DNA of 63,261 nt, the filler included, from Candidatus Delongbacteria bacterium (GTDB lineage Bacteria; UBA4055): NCBI GenBank assembly GCA_016937995.1. It is 3 parts of 3 records of this genome, joined end to end, with 100 filler letters (N's around TTAATTAATTAA, not from the genome) between each part and the next. Parts side by side here need not be neighbours in the genome. Positions count along the whole stretch, not along the records: positions 1 to 30,705 come from JAFGVM010000035.1; 2 more parts are not named here. One strand, given 5' to 3'. The translations under genes were made by a program, and so were the position numbers. The notes under the pieces were generated by a model. It was not told where the DNA came from, ran no database searches, and saw only the letters and a program-made list of their open reading frames with translations. Shown here piece by piece: positions 9,644 to 19,434 of this stretch. Positions within the stretch are counted from its first letter, which is position 1. Every line of letters starts with the position of its first letter.

Positions 9644-9649
9644 AGTATT

Positions 9650-10534
9650 ATGAAAGATCAAAAGAGGGCATATATTTTCGCATTGATAGCGGTATTCTTC
9701 TGGTCAACTGTTGCAGTAGCTTTCAAGCTTACTTTAGCAGCTTTGCATCATGATCAGATTCAGATGCTGTTCCTGGCATCAGTATCATCATTGTTCATAC
9801 TTTTCACAGCAATAATTTTTCAGAAGAAATTACACTTGTTTAAAAGCTTAACTTTTAAAGATTACTTGTTCTCAGCTTTCCTGGGATCTCTTAATCCGTT
9901 CTTCTATTATCTGATACTTTTTAAAGCATACGACCTTTTACCTGCCCAGGAGGCACAACCTCTGAACTTTACATGGTCAATTATGCTTGTATTACTATCG
10001 ATACCGATACTTAAGCAAAAGATATCATGGAAAAGTTTTGCTGCTATATTGATAAGCTTCTTCGGAGTATATGTAATTTCGTCTCATGGAGATATTACAA
10101 GTTTCAAGTTCAGTAATCCGTTAGGAGTTGCTTTAGCTTTAAGCACAGCGACTATCTGGGCATTGTTCTGGATATACAATGCTAAAGATGACAAGGATGA
10201 AGCTGTCAGACTTTTTTTGAATTTTCTTTTCGGAAGTGTGTATATAACGGTAACAGTTCTGATATTCTCTGATATTTCAAGTATATCTTTCAAAGGATTG
10301 ATCGGAGGAACATATATCGGTTTCTTTGAAATGGGATTAACATTCCTTCTCTGGTCTAAAGCCCTTAAACTTTCTGTCACTACTGCTAAAGTCAGCAATT
10401 TAATATTCCTCGCACCATTTTTATCTTTAGTTCTTATTCACTTCATTGTTCCGAATGAAGATGTGTTATTGTCAACTTTCGTCGGATTGATCTTTATCGT
10501 AGCAGGAATTTTACTGCAGAGAAAGCTGAAATAA
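9650..10534 (+). CDS. DMT/EamA family transporter
   Basis: About 10 TM helices in two EamA repeats; AYDLLPAQEAQPLNFTW motif. Confidence 0.9.
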   Translation: MKDQKRAYIFALIAVFFWSTVAVAFKLTLAALHHDQIQMLFLASVSSLFILFTAIIFQKKLHLFKSLTFKDYLFSAFLGSLNPFFYYLILFKAYDLLPAQEAQPLNFTWSIMLVLLSIPILKQKISWKSFAAILISFFGVYVISSHGDITSFKFSNPLGVALALSTATIWALFWIYNAKDDKDEAVRLFLNFLFGSVYITVTVLIFSDISSISFKGLIGGTYIGFFEMGLTFLLWSKALKLSVTTAKVSNLIFLAPFLSLVLIHFIVPNEDVLLSTFVGLIFIVAGILLQRKLK

Positions 10535-10590
10535 AATTAAACTGAAATATTGCAAAAATACTATACTTAGTAAAATAATTTATTTATATC

Positions 10591-10619
10591 TTGACAAATC
10601 CTGTCCGATCAGTTATATT
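10591..10619 (+). promoter_or_regulatory. sigma70-like promoter
   Basis: TTGACA-17nt-TATATT. Confidence 0.6.
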
Positions 10620-10652
10620 GAAAATATCAGATTTGCTATTAAGTCAATCAAA

Positions 10653-13600
10653 ATGGGAAATATTATGAAAAAGTTAATGTTTTTACTGTTTGCATTTACA
10701 ATTTTTTATCTGCAAGCAAGAACAGCTTATGAGAATCAGAAAACTTGGGATAACGATTTTTCAAGTGATATTACCAAGACCATAATTCCACAACCTCAAA
10801 ACAGAGTTCATAGAGCAGGTCTGTTGTGGCTGAACACTACAAATATGGGTTATTTAGGCAATCCTGACACTTATGACGACCCATGTACTGGACAAGTAGC
10901 TGAATCGGGTGAGATGCCCGGTGGGAGCGGGATGGACTTTATTTTTGTCAGTGGATTGATGTTCGGTGGATATAATGATTCTGAAGTTGTGAATGTTAAT
11001 GGCACCGATGCTACTGTTTTTGAAGGTCCCTATGTTACAACAGCTTACGAAGGTTGGTCCGGAAATCCTATGCCAAAAGAAATGTGGCCTGTAATGTTCG
11101 ATGCCGATGAAAGCGGATCTATTCTGGGAAGAATGAATGAAACATCCAACGTAGAAGGAAAGCTGAATTGTCTATTTGAAGAAGTATATAATCCTTCAGC
11201 GACAGCTGAGGAACAGTTCAGTACAATGTTTACGGATAAGTTCGTATTGAGAACACCTTATACTGGTATGGATGAGTATGACAACAGAGAGCACATACCA
11301 TTAGGGATCGAAGTAAAACAGAAAACTTATTCTTGGTCGTATGAATTTGCTCAAAAATTCATAATTGTTGATTATACGATCTATAACAGGCATCCCGGTG
11401 GTAAAGATATTTTTGATTTCTTCATGGGTCTCTATATGGACTGTGATATCGGACCGATAGGAGGAGATATAACTTATAATCATGCAGATGATCTGGGAGG
11501 ATTTATTCAGAAATGGGACGGTTATATAGATCCTGCGTCAGGTGAACAAAAAACAATGGACCTTAATCTTGCATGGGCTGCCGATAATGACGGCAGAAGT
11601 TATACAGGTACAAATTTTTATTCAGCGACGGGAGAGCCAGGAGCCGGATCTGTTCTGGATGGTGCTACAGGAGTGGTAGCGGTAAAAGTCCTCAGGAATC
11701 CTAGTCCTAATATGAGATATGCTTATAATATGTATATAGCATCATCAAATGATGAAGCACAGGACTGGAGTCCTCACTGGAAAACAGGCTTACATTCAGA
11801 CTGGAATTATGACCTTACACCTGAGCAATTAGGTTATGATGATTATAATCAGGACGGTCTAACAAATGGAGGTGGTCAACCTTTAGCGGGAGGTAGAGTA
11901 GAAGGCAGACCTGCTGGTGATAAAGGTAAATATATGGTCATGTCAAATGATGAATTTGATTACAATCAGTATGATATAATTTCAGTTGACAACGGCACAT
12001 ACAGTGATCCTGAATATATGATAGGTTCACCATATGCGCAGGCTGAAAAATGGCAGGAATGGCTTGATCCAACAGAACCATTACCTTCTCCTGCTGATGT
12101 GCATGATGGTGGTTTGGATGATAGAAATGATATAGCTAACGGTGCAGATACAAAAGCTATTCTATCTTTTGGACCTTTAGGAACTCAGAGACAGGTAAAT
12201 ATAGCAGTTGATACAGATGATAATGGTGTAATGGATGACTTTATCAACAATAAATCAGTATGGGAATTCGCTTATGGAGATTCCATCAAACTGACACTGG
12301 CATTCATTGCTGGCGAGAATTTTCACACTTCACTTCAGCAGGACCCAACATACTCAGATCCTGCAGCCAGATTTCCTGTTGACGGACTGGACCCTTCGCT
12401 TTTTGATAAAGGATGGTATGATGTGCTGAACAATGTTATCTGGTGCGAGAGGATGTATGATATTCCTATGTTCGATACTCCTGTAGAAAAATATGGAGAA
12501 AAAAAAGGAGACGGATGGTATGGAGAGGATATCGGAGTTGACGGAATATTTGCAGGTACAGGGATCACTGAATGCTGGTGGACTGATCCTGCGTCAGGTT
12601 ATGCAGGACCTGACGAAGGTGAAAGTAATTTCGAACTGGATAATTTTACAAGTCCGATAACAGATATTTATGGACATAATGCAACAGGTGAAGATAATCT
12701 GTTACCGTTCGGAAGAGAAATTGGTGATTTCGATTTTGGTCATACAAACGATTATGGATGCATGGTATTATATGACAATTTTATAGATCCATATCCGGGT
12801 ATTGCACCCGGGCAATTGGTAAGATACGGTTTTGACAACGGAAGGCTTGATCCAGGAGACGGTGTACCTGATTTTACAGGACCACCACCACCACCTTCAC
12901 CAAAAATAGAAGTTAGATTTGAAGAAAATGATGTAATAGTTGAATGGAATTCAGTTGAATTTTATACTATGGAGGATGAAACTGAAGCATATTCAGGACC
13001 CGAATTATTCATTGATCCATTCACTAGAGAAAAAGATTTCGAATCCTACACAGTGAAAATATCTCCAAATTCAAATGCAAATAATTTTATTGATCTCTTA
13101 ACAGTAGACAATATAAATTATGCTTATCAGAATGTTGCTGACCTGGGAGATTATCTGGATAAACCGATCCATCCTGATTCTATTGCAGCACATCCTGAAA
13201 ATTATCCTGCTTTAATAACTGAATCAGGTAAAATATGGGAGCTTGTTCCGTTCGGTGACAATAAGGACATAGTAGCAAATCATTCAGTTAATGATATTTT
13301 TGAATATACTGTGACACCTGCTGTCGTTACTATAAACGAAGGAACTCCTGCTGAAGAAACAGTAAATTATCATCAGTATGGTTTAAGGCTTTTCAACAAG
13401 TATCTTGAAAATGCATCGTATATCTCTGTTGTTTCAACAGATTTTGGAGATCCAAGAGCAGGTATACCTGCCAATACTTCGAGTATATATACAAATATGA
13501 AAAAGATCGGAGGTGTTGAAGATGAAGAAACTGTTATACCAGGAGTTACGAAACTTTATCAAAACTATCCGAATCCTTTTAACCCTGATACAAAAATAAA

Positions 13601-13805
13601 TTTCATATTAGGAAAAGCAGGTAATGTGAAACTTAACATTTATAATGTTTCAGGTCAGCTGATCGAAAAGCTGATCGATGAAGATCTTGACAGTGGATAT
13701 CACAGTAAAATATTCAAAGCTGATAAACTGAACAGCGGTATTTACTACTATACTTTACAAGCTGATAATAAAAAGATCACAAAGAAGATGGTTTTAGTTA
13801 AATAA
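10653..13805 (+). CDS. Large acidic secreted protein with T9SS type A-like C-terminal sorting domain
   Basis: Signal peptide (start may be 10665); Asp/Gly-rich; PPPPP linker; ends LYQNYPNPFNP...SGIYYY...KKMVLVK. Confidence 0.8.
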   Translation: MGNIMKKLMFLLFAFTIFYLQARTAYENQKTWDNDFSSDITKTIIPQPQNRVHRAGLLWLNTTNMGYLGNPDTYDDPCTGQVAESGEMPGGSGMDFIFVSGLMFGGYNDSEVVNVNGTDATVFEGPYVTTAYEGWSGNPMPKEMWPVMFDADESGSILGRMNETSNVEGKLNCLFEEVYNPSATAEEQFSTMFTDKFVLRTPYTGMDEYDNREHIPLGIEVKQKTYSWSYEFAQKFIIVDYTIYNRHPGGKDIFDFFMGLYMDCDIGPIGGDITYNHADDLGGFIQKWDGYIDPASGEQKTMDLNLAWAADNDGRSYTGTNFYSATGEPGAGSVLDGATGVVAVKVLRNPSPNMRYAYNMYIASSNDEAQDWSPHWKTGLHSDWNYDLTPEQLGYDDYNQDGLTNGGGQPLAGGRVEGRPAGDKGKYMVMSNDEFDYNQYDIISVDNGTYSDPEYMIGSPYAQAEKWQEWLDPTEPLPSPADVHDGGLDDRNDIANGADTKAILSFGPLGTQRQVNIAVDTDDNGVMDDFINNKSVWEFAYGDSIKLTLAFIAGENFHTSLQQDPTYSDPAARFPVDGLDPSLFDKGWYDVLNNVIWCERMYDIPMFDTPVEKYGEKKGDGWYGEDIGVDGIFAGTGITECWWTDPASGYAGPDEGESNFELDNFTSPITDIYGHNATGEDNLLPFGREIGDFDFGHTNDYGCMVLYDNFIDPYPGIAPGQLVRYGFDNGRLDPGDGVPDFTGPPPPPSPKIEVRFEENDVIVEWNSVEFYTMEDETEAYSGPELFIDPFTREKDFESYTVKISPNSNANNFIDLLTVDNINYAYQNVADLGDYLDKPIHPDSIAAHPENYPALITESGKIWELVPFGDNKDIVANHSVNDIFEYTVTPAVVTINEGTPAEETVNYHQYGLRLFNKYLENASYISVVSTDFGDPRAGIPANTSSIYTNMKKIGGVEDEETVIPGVTKLYQNYPNPFNPDTKINFILGKAGNVKLNIYNVSGQLIEKLIDEDLDSGYHSKIFKADKLNSGIYYYTLQADNKKITKKMVLVK

Positions 13806-13816
13806 TAAATTCGGAT

Positions 13817-16378
13817 ATGGAGAAAATTATGTTGAAAAAGACAATATTAACATTATCAATGGTCATTTTACTTACCATCACAGTTCTTTCATGTTCTGAT
13901 GACAGCAATCCGTCTGATCCGGTTGAATCTTATATTACAATCCTATCTCCTGTGGGTGGTGAAATATTTATGCCTGATTCTACCGAAAGTCTTTTATGGG
14001 AAGATAATATTGATGAAAATGTAAAGATCGATCTTTATAAAAATTCGGTTTTAGATATGGTAATTGCTGAATCTGTTGAAAGCAGTGGATCGTATGACTG
14101 GAAAGTTCCTTCAGGTATTGAAGAAGGTACAGATTATAAAATCAGAATAGCAAGTGTTGAAGATTCAACATTATATGATGAGAGTGGAACTGATTTTAAG
14201 ATCACATCAGTATCTTCTATTATTGTGACTGAACCGAGTGGAGGTGAAATCTGGAATGTCGGAGGTCAAAGGTCTATAAAATGGAATTTCAATTCGAAAG
14301 GTTTGGTGAACATAGATCTTTACAAAAATGATACATTTTACCAGACAATAAAAGATTCAGCTGATAATAATGGTGTTTATGAATGGTACATTCCTGCAGA
14401 ACTTCCACAGGACAATGACTATAAAATAAAAATAACTAATGTGACTGATGAAATTATAACTGATATGAGTGATGAATTCTTCAGCATGGATCTGCCTGAA
14501 GTTTACATATATGATACTTCAGACATTATTGCCAATTCTGAATATAAAGTACAGTGGTATGGCAACAGCAATGACAGTACAAATTTAAGTTATTTTTATT
14601 GTATTTCTACTGATACTGCAATGACAAATACAGAATCTGAAACTGCTCTCACAGGTTTATGGTCAGGTACATCAAATAACTATGCTGAAGTTTCTTTCCC
14701 GATGACTTATCTGAACAGTACAAAACTATTTACCGACAGTATTACATATATTGATAGTGTCCAAGCCATCGAAGTAACAAGAAAGATCGTATGGTCTAAG
14801 TTCTTCGTATACGGTGTTGATGAATTCGGAGCTGTGAGTGATGTTAAGTCCAAAGTTTTTGGAAGAATGAATAATAAACCTAAGCATCCAATGATATATT
14901 CTGAAACATTTGGGATTAATGGCTTTGATCAATACTGGTTCACTATTGGACCTGATTCAGCGAAGATAGTTCTTCCTAATGAAACATCATACTGGAAACC
15001 TCTTGAATTCGGATGGATGGGTGAAGATCCAGACGGTCCTGAAGTAGATCTTGAATTCAGATGGGAATTATGGGCTCTGGATGACCTTGGTGCTGATATC
15101 GAAATAATTGCAGCTTCAAATGATTGGTCAGTAAGTAATATCTCTGTTGAATTTTCAGATGTGATCTATAACTATTCGTCAGAGGGAAATTATTCGTTCA
15201 GGATATGGGTAAGAGATGACGCACTTGAGGAGGCAGAGAATCATGCTACAGTAAATTTTTCTACTTTTTCACCTACATTTGAAAAGGGGATTATTTTTAT
15301 AGATGATACTGATGATGATAAATACAATTCAATGGACTATATGCAGAATACGGGTAACCCTGATGGTGTTGCAGTGAAGGCAATGTATGAACAGTTCCTG
15401 CAGAATGCAGGATATCAGGCTGATGCTGGAGATCCTTTATTGGATTATGATGCAGTTGATTTTGCGGAACCGATACCCGGAGAAGTATATCAACCTGATC
15501 TAAAAACATTGTCTGGTTACAGAATGATAGTTATTACAACAGAAGATAGAAGTACTTCTACAGGTATTTCATATGCAAAATATATGGATCAACTCTCTGA
15601 ATATATGAATATTGGTGGAAAAGTAATGATAATAGGTAACTCAGCAATTTTATTACATGATCTATATGTTAATAATTATGAAGAACCGTTTACTGATAAT
15701 TTTGAAAATGCTTCTTACCTGAACATAGATATGTGTAGATTTTTCTATGAATATTTCGGCATCTATAATTATTCTACACCTGAATCTAAAACATTTTTCT
15801 GTCAGCTTTTATATGATATAGGACACCCTTTACTTCCATCAGATTATTATATGACGGACAATTACGATTTCATAGGAGCTACAAAATATGATCATATATC
15901 AGATCCGGGTATAGGAGAACTTAAAGTTGACAGTACTCAGGTGAATAAATACTGGAAGAACTATCCGGGACCGGGTGGCAGTACTTTTGAATTTACTTTG
16001 AAAGAGAACGGCACTGTACTTACTGGGATCCCTACATTCCAAGCATATAAAGGTGAGATAGTCCTTAAGTACAAATCGATCTATGATCTGCCATTTGAAA
16101 CCGGAAGTGATTCTACAACAGTTGACGGTGACCTTGTACATGATCTGAAATGGAGAAATCCTGTAGCTGATGCAACAGAGAATATTAGTGGGCCTGTTCT
16201 TGAAAAATCAGGTGCAGTTGCTACAAGATATATAAGTACAGGAGATATTTACAGAACTGCTTTTATAGGATTACCACTGATATTCATGGATAATTCAAAT
16301 GGTGAAGTCAGTGACATGTTCAGTGCTATGATCGACTGGTTCGCACTGGAAAACGATCCAGCGGATAACTGGAAATAA
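13817..16378 (+). CDS. Large lipoprotein with two Ig-like (Ser/Thr-rich GPI-anchored/Kre9-like) repeats and uncharacterised C-terminal region
   Basis: Lipobox VLSC; repeats ITILSPVGGE..IDLYK..YDWKVP..DYKIRI and IVTEPSGGE..IDLYK..YEWYIP..DYKIKI. Confidence 0.72.
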   Translation: MEKIMLKKTILTLSMVILLTITVLSCSDDSNPSDPVESYITILSPVGGEIFMPDSTESLLWEDNIDENVKIDLYKNSVLDMVIAESVESSGSYDWKVPSGIEEGTDYKIRIASVEDSTLYDESGTDFKITSVSSIIVTEPSGGEIWNVGGQRSIKWNFNSKGLVNIDLYKNDTFYQTIKDSADNNGVYEWYIPAELPQDNDYKIKITNVTDEIITDMSDEFFSMDLPEVYIYDTSDIIANSEYKVQWYGNSNDSTNLSYFYCISTDTAMTNTESETALTGLWSGTSNNYAEVSFPMTYLNSTKLFTDSITYIDSVQAIEVTRKIVWSKFFVYGVDEFGAVSDVKSKVFGRMNNKPKHPMIYSETFGINGFDQYWFTIGPDSAKIVLPNETSYWKPLEFGWMGEDPDGPEVDLEFRWELWALDDLGADIEIIAASNDWSVSNISVEFSDVIYNYSSEGNYSFRIWVRDDALEEAENHATVNFSTFSPTFEKGIIFIDDTDDDKYNSMDYMQNTGNPDGVAVKAMYEQFLQNAGYQADAGDPLLDYDAVDFAEPIPGEVYQPDLKTLSGYRMIVITTEDRSTSTGISYAKYMDQLSEYMNIGGKVMIIGNSAILLHDLYVNNYEEPFTDNFENASYLNIDMCRFFYEYFGIYNYSTPESKTFFCQLLYDIGHPLLPSDYYMTDNYDFIGATKYDHISDPGIGELKVDSTQVNKYWKNYPGPGGSTFEFTLKENGTVLTGIPTFQAYKGEIVLKYKSIYDLPFETGSDSTTVDGDLVHDLKWRNPVADATENISGPVLEKSGAVATRYISTGDIYRTAFIGLPLIFMDNSNGEVSDMFSAMIDWFALENDPADNWK

Positions 16379-16398
16379 TTTATCAACATTTAATATAC

Positions 16399-16425
16399 AA
16401 AAAAGGTGCTACAGGCACCTTTTTT
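16399..16425 (+). terminator. Rho-independent terminator
   Basis: AAAAAAGGTGC-tacag-GCACCTTTTTT. Confidence 0.85.
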
Positions 16426-16434
16426 ATTTTTGTA

Positions 16435-16463
16435 TTGCACAATTGTCAATATTTGTTTATATT
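16435..16463 (+). promoter_or_regulatory. sigma70-like promoter of the four-gene operon
   Basis: TTGCAC-17nt-TATATT(TG). Confidence 0.5.
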
Positions 16464-16508
16464 TGTATATACATATGTCATTAGTTCGTATTAAAATGGA
16501 GATGATGG

Positions 16509-16919
16509 ATGAAAAAAATAAAAGTCAGATCGATAGATCTAATTGATCTGATAGATTTTTTAGAGAACAGAGATTACATAGTTGACGAAATTTCGGAAAA
16601 CCTTTTGTCAGCCAATAAATCAGGCGAAATGACAGTTTATATCAGCATAATTGATGATGTAATGTATTTTTATGTAGACCTAGGTAACGTTAGTGATATA
16701 GCCGACAAAGAAATGTATTTTAAAATACTTGACCTGAATACAGAGATTTTACCAGTGAGTATAGGAATTGACACCACAAAAGAAAACAATCATCGATTGG
16801 TGATCGTAGAGAGCAGAGAAACTGATAATCTGGATGATAATGAATTATTGTACATATTCAATGCTATAGAGATCGCAACAGATAAAGTTGCAATGCTGCT
16901 GGCCGAATATTTGCAATAA
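16509..16919 (+). CDS. YjfI/DUF2170-like protein (CesT/T3SS-chaperone fold)
   Basis: Small acidic protein; ILDLNTEILPVSIGID and ESRETDNLDDNEL followed by a C-terminal amphipathic helix. Confidence 0.6.
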   Translation: MKKIKVRSIDLIDLIDFLENRDYIVDEISENLLSANKSGEMTVYISIIDDVMYFYVDLGNVSDIADKEMYFKILDLNTEILPVSIGIDTTKENNHRLVIVESRETDNLDDNELLYIFNAIEIATDKVAMLLAEYLQ

Positions 16920-16935
16920 ATACAGGAGTTAAATT

Positions 16936-17484
16936 ATGGATAATACAAAAAACAAAATATATCTTCCCGCATTGACTGAGTTGTATAACAGAGTTGAAGA
17001 TCTTTCTAGGGTGATAAAAGAAAATGGAGAGGACATTGCATACAATATAAAACTTTATTTTAGAAATGTTGATATTGATCCTGCTGTATGGTGCAGAGAG
17101 AATGATCTGTCTTTTGAAACCTATAAAAACGATCTTAAGAATGAAGATTTTTTTAAGCTGAAAGAATATTTATATCTGATACTCTACAAGAAGAAAAAGA
17201 AATTCTCTATATCAAATGATATAGAAATAGAGGATAGTAACAAGATCGGAGTTAACAACATAATTAAAGCATTAAACTCAAAAAACACGAATAAATTATG
17301 GGCATCGATTAGTTATTACATACTGATGAATCACAAAAATATCAGAACTTTCTGTAAGAATTTTGAAGAAAATAATTTCAATGTAAAATACTCAACTTTT
17401 AGAACAGATAAATATAATCAGGGAATAAATACTGCGATTAAGTACGCAAATATGATACTGGAATATGTAAAAAGGGTGAAGTAA
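16936..17484 (+). CDS. Hypothetical protein, possibly two HTH-like repeats
   Basis: AGGAG RBS; DPAVWCRENDLSFETYKND and NIRTFCKNFEENNFNVKYSTFRTD resemble each other. Confidence 0.55.
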   Translation: MDNTKNKIYLPALTELYNRVEDLSRVIKENGEDIAYNIKLYFRNVDIDPAVWCRENDLSFETYKNDLKNEDFFKLKEYLYLILYKKKKKFSISNDIEIEDSNKIGVNNIIKALNSKNTNKLWASISYYILMNHKNIRTFCKNFEENNFNVKYSTFRTDKYNQGINTAIKYANMILEYVKRVK

Positions 17485-17874
17485 ATGGGAATATTGAACA
17501 AAATACTGAAAGAGAAAGGTTTAACACCTTACAGCACAGAATTAAAGGAAGTTCTAGATGAAAAGATAAATGAGATCATTTCCATCATTGACAGCAAGGA
17601 ATCTGATCTGAGAAAATTTAAAAATGAGAAGAATAATCTTCTTAACTCTGAAAATAATGTAACAGTTGAGAATAAAGTGCTGATAAATTTGAACAATGAG
17701 ATATCTGATCTGAAGAGCGATATTTTAGATCTGAAGGATGAAATGAATGAAATTGAAAGTATAAATAATATCATCAACTATCAGAATAAGTTATCAGGGG
17801 TAAAAAGGGAAATCGGTAAAGTCAATCAGAATGATGGTTCGGACCTGGTTACAAAATTGAAAAATAAAAAATAA
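17485..17874 (+). CDS. Short coiled-coil protein, PspA/YjfJ-like termini
   Basis: Amphipathic MGILNKILK start, heptad pattern, ends SDLVTKLKNKK; abuts upstream stop. Confidence 0.5.
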   Translation: MGILNKILKEKGLTPYSTELKEVLDEKINEIISIIDSKESDLRKFKNEKNNLLNSENNVTVENKVLINLNNEISDLKSDILDLKDEMNEIESINNIINYQNKLSGVKREIGKVNQNDGSDLVTKLKNKK

Positions 17875-17878
17875 TTAT

Positions 17879-18406
17879 ATGCCTAACATTGAATTTATCA
17901 CAGATAGAAATATTTACGAAAAAGTAATTTTGGAACGGATACCATTCGCAAAAGAATTTTTATGGATCGGTACCAGTGATATGAAGGACCTTTACGTATC
18001 TAAGAATAAAAAAATGGTGCCTTTTCTGGAGATATTATCTGACCTGATTAAAAAAGGTGTTTCGATCCGGATCATACATGCTAAGGAACCGGGCGAGAAC
18101 TATAAAAAAGATTTTGATAAATATCATGTTTTAATAAAAAATATTGAAATGTTCCTTTGTCCGAGGATACACTTCAAAAGTGTAATTATAGATGGCCGTT
18201 TTGCATACTCTGGAAGTGCAAATTTAACCGGGTCAGGAATGGGTTCAAAGAGTAAGGATAAAAGAAATTTCGAATCTGGTTTTATCACTGACGATCCTGT
18301 TCTAGTCGGCAGTATCATGTCACAGTTCGACCAATTGTGGATGGGTAAACACTGCAAGACCTGCAAAAGAAAAGAATATTGTTTTGAACATAAGAAATTT
18401 TTATAA
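17879..18406 (+). CDS. Single-domain phospholipase D-family (HKD) protein with C-terminal Cys cluster
   Basis: HFKSVIIDG...GSANLT...NFESG; CKTCKRKEYC tail. Confidence 0.85.
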   Translation: MPNIEFITDRNIYEKVILERIPFAKEFLWIGTSDMKDLYVSKNKKMVPFLEILSDLIKKGVSIRIIHAKEPGENYKKDFDKYHVLIKNIEMFLCPRIHFKSVIIDGRFAYSGSANLTGSGMGSKSKDKRNFESGFITDDPVLVGSIMSQFDQLWMGKHCKTCKRKEYCFEHKKFL

Positions 18407-18562
18407 CAAAAAAATAAATCTGCTAACAATAGTTTTGACATCATAAATAATATTTTTTAGTTCAGCACTGATGCATAAAGAAGCTATCGTATATCTGATC
18501 CAATGCCTCTGACCATTAAATTAAATATAATGCGCGTTTAAAAGGGTAGTATTAGAAACTAT

Positions 18563-18591
18563 TTGCAATTCAAACAAATATACATTATATT
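18563..18591 (+). promoter_or_regulatory. Putative rpmH operon promoter
   Basis: TTGCAA-17nt-TATATT. Confidence 0.5.
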
Positions 18592-18669
18592 CTTCACTCT
18601 TGTATTAGTGCGTAAAAATACAGGAAATGTAATAGTTGACGAGAATCAAATTAATTTGGAGATAAAAAA

Positions 18670-18822
18670 ATGAAAAGAACATTTCAGCCGTCGAATAGAA
18701 AAAGAAGAAATAAGCACGGTTTCAGAGAAAGAATGTCTACAGCAAACGGCAGAAAAGTACTTTCCCGCAGAAGAAGAGCTGGAAGAAAAAGACTGACTGT
18801 AAGTGACGAAATAAGAAGATAA
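18670..18822 (+). CDS. rpmH: 50S ribosomal protein L34 (50 aa, below ORF-track cutoff)
   Basis: Manual translation [50 protein letters not shown]. Confidence 0.98.
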   Translation: MKRTFQPSNRKRRNKHGFRERMSTANGRKVLSRRRRAGRKRLTVSDEIRR

Positions 18823-18836
18823 GCAATGGAGATCCG

Positions 18837-19232
18837 GTGAAAGAGAATTCTTTGAAAAAGAATCTCATTCTCAAAAATAAAGATGACATCACTCAAGCAC
18901 TTAGGAATGGGACTCGTTTTGAGAATGACTCACTAAGGATTATTATTTCGAAAGGAAATGGAGAAAGCAACTTTAAAGTTGCTTTCTTAGTAAGTAAGAA
19001 ACTAGGAAAAAGAGCTGTTCTTAGAAATAAAATCAAAAGATGGTTAAGAGAAATATTCAGGTATAATAAAAACGAATTCCCTATTTCCTATCACGTAATA
19101 TTAACCGTTAAACAAAGATATGATCAAATTAGTTACAAAAGCCTAAAAGAAGATTTCATGGAGATCATTACGAGTGAAAAATTTAATAATTACACTAGTA
19201 AGATTATACCAAAAGTTCCTGGCACCAATTAA
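18837..19232 (+). CDS. rnpA: Ribonuclease P protein component
   Basis: VSKKLGKRAVLRNKIKRWLRE (RNR-like motif); follows rpmH. Confidence 0.93.
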   Translation: MKENSLKKNLILKNKDDITQALRNGTRFENDSLRIIISKGNGESNFKVAFLVSKKLGKRAVLRNKIKRWLREIFRYNKNEFPISYHVILTVKQRYDQISYKSLKEDFMEIITSEKFNNYTSKIIPKVPGTN

Positions 19233-19434
19233 AAGAAGTAAATGTACTTTTGTTCCCACATGTTCTAATTATACTATTGAATCTATAGAAGACTACGGAG
19301 CTGTAAAAGGAGCAATACTAGGATTGTGGAGAGTGATCAGATGCAATCCTTTTAATAGAACTTACCACGATCCTCCGGCGAACTGGGAAAAAAAACTTCA
19401 CTTAAAAAAAATCAAACGGAAAATAAATGGATAA
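19174..19434 (+). CDS. yidD: Membrane protein insertion efficiency factor
   Basis: YQKFLAP..CTFVPTCSNY..RCNPF; synteny. Confidence 0.93.
   Translation: MKNLIITLVRLYQKFLAPIKRSKCTFVPTCSNYTIESIEDYGAVKGAILGLWRVIRCNPFNRTYHDPPANWEKKLHLKKIKRKING

Noticed and set aside
11529..12599. Short direct repeat GATCCTGCGTCAGGT (DPASG) inside the 1050-aa gene
   Set aside because: Only 15 bp in coding sequence with no further repeat structure
18407..18669. oriC or ncRNA upstream of rpmH
   Set aside because: No DnaA-box cluster or convincing stable structure found by eye
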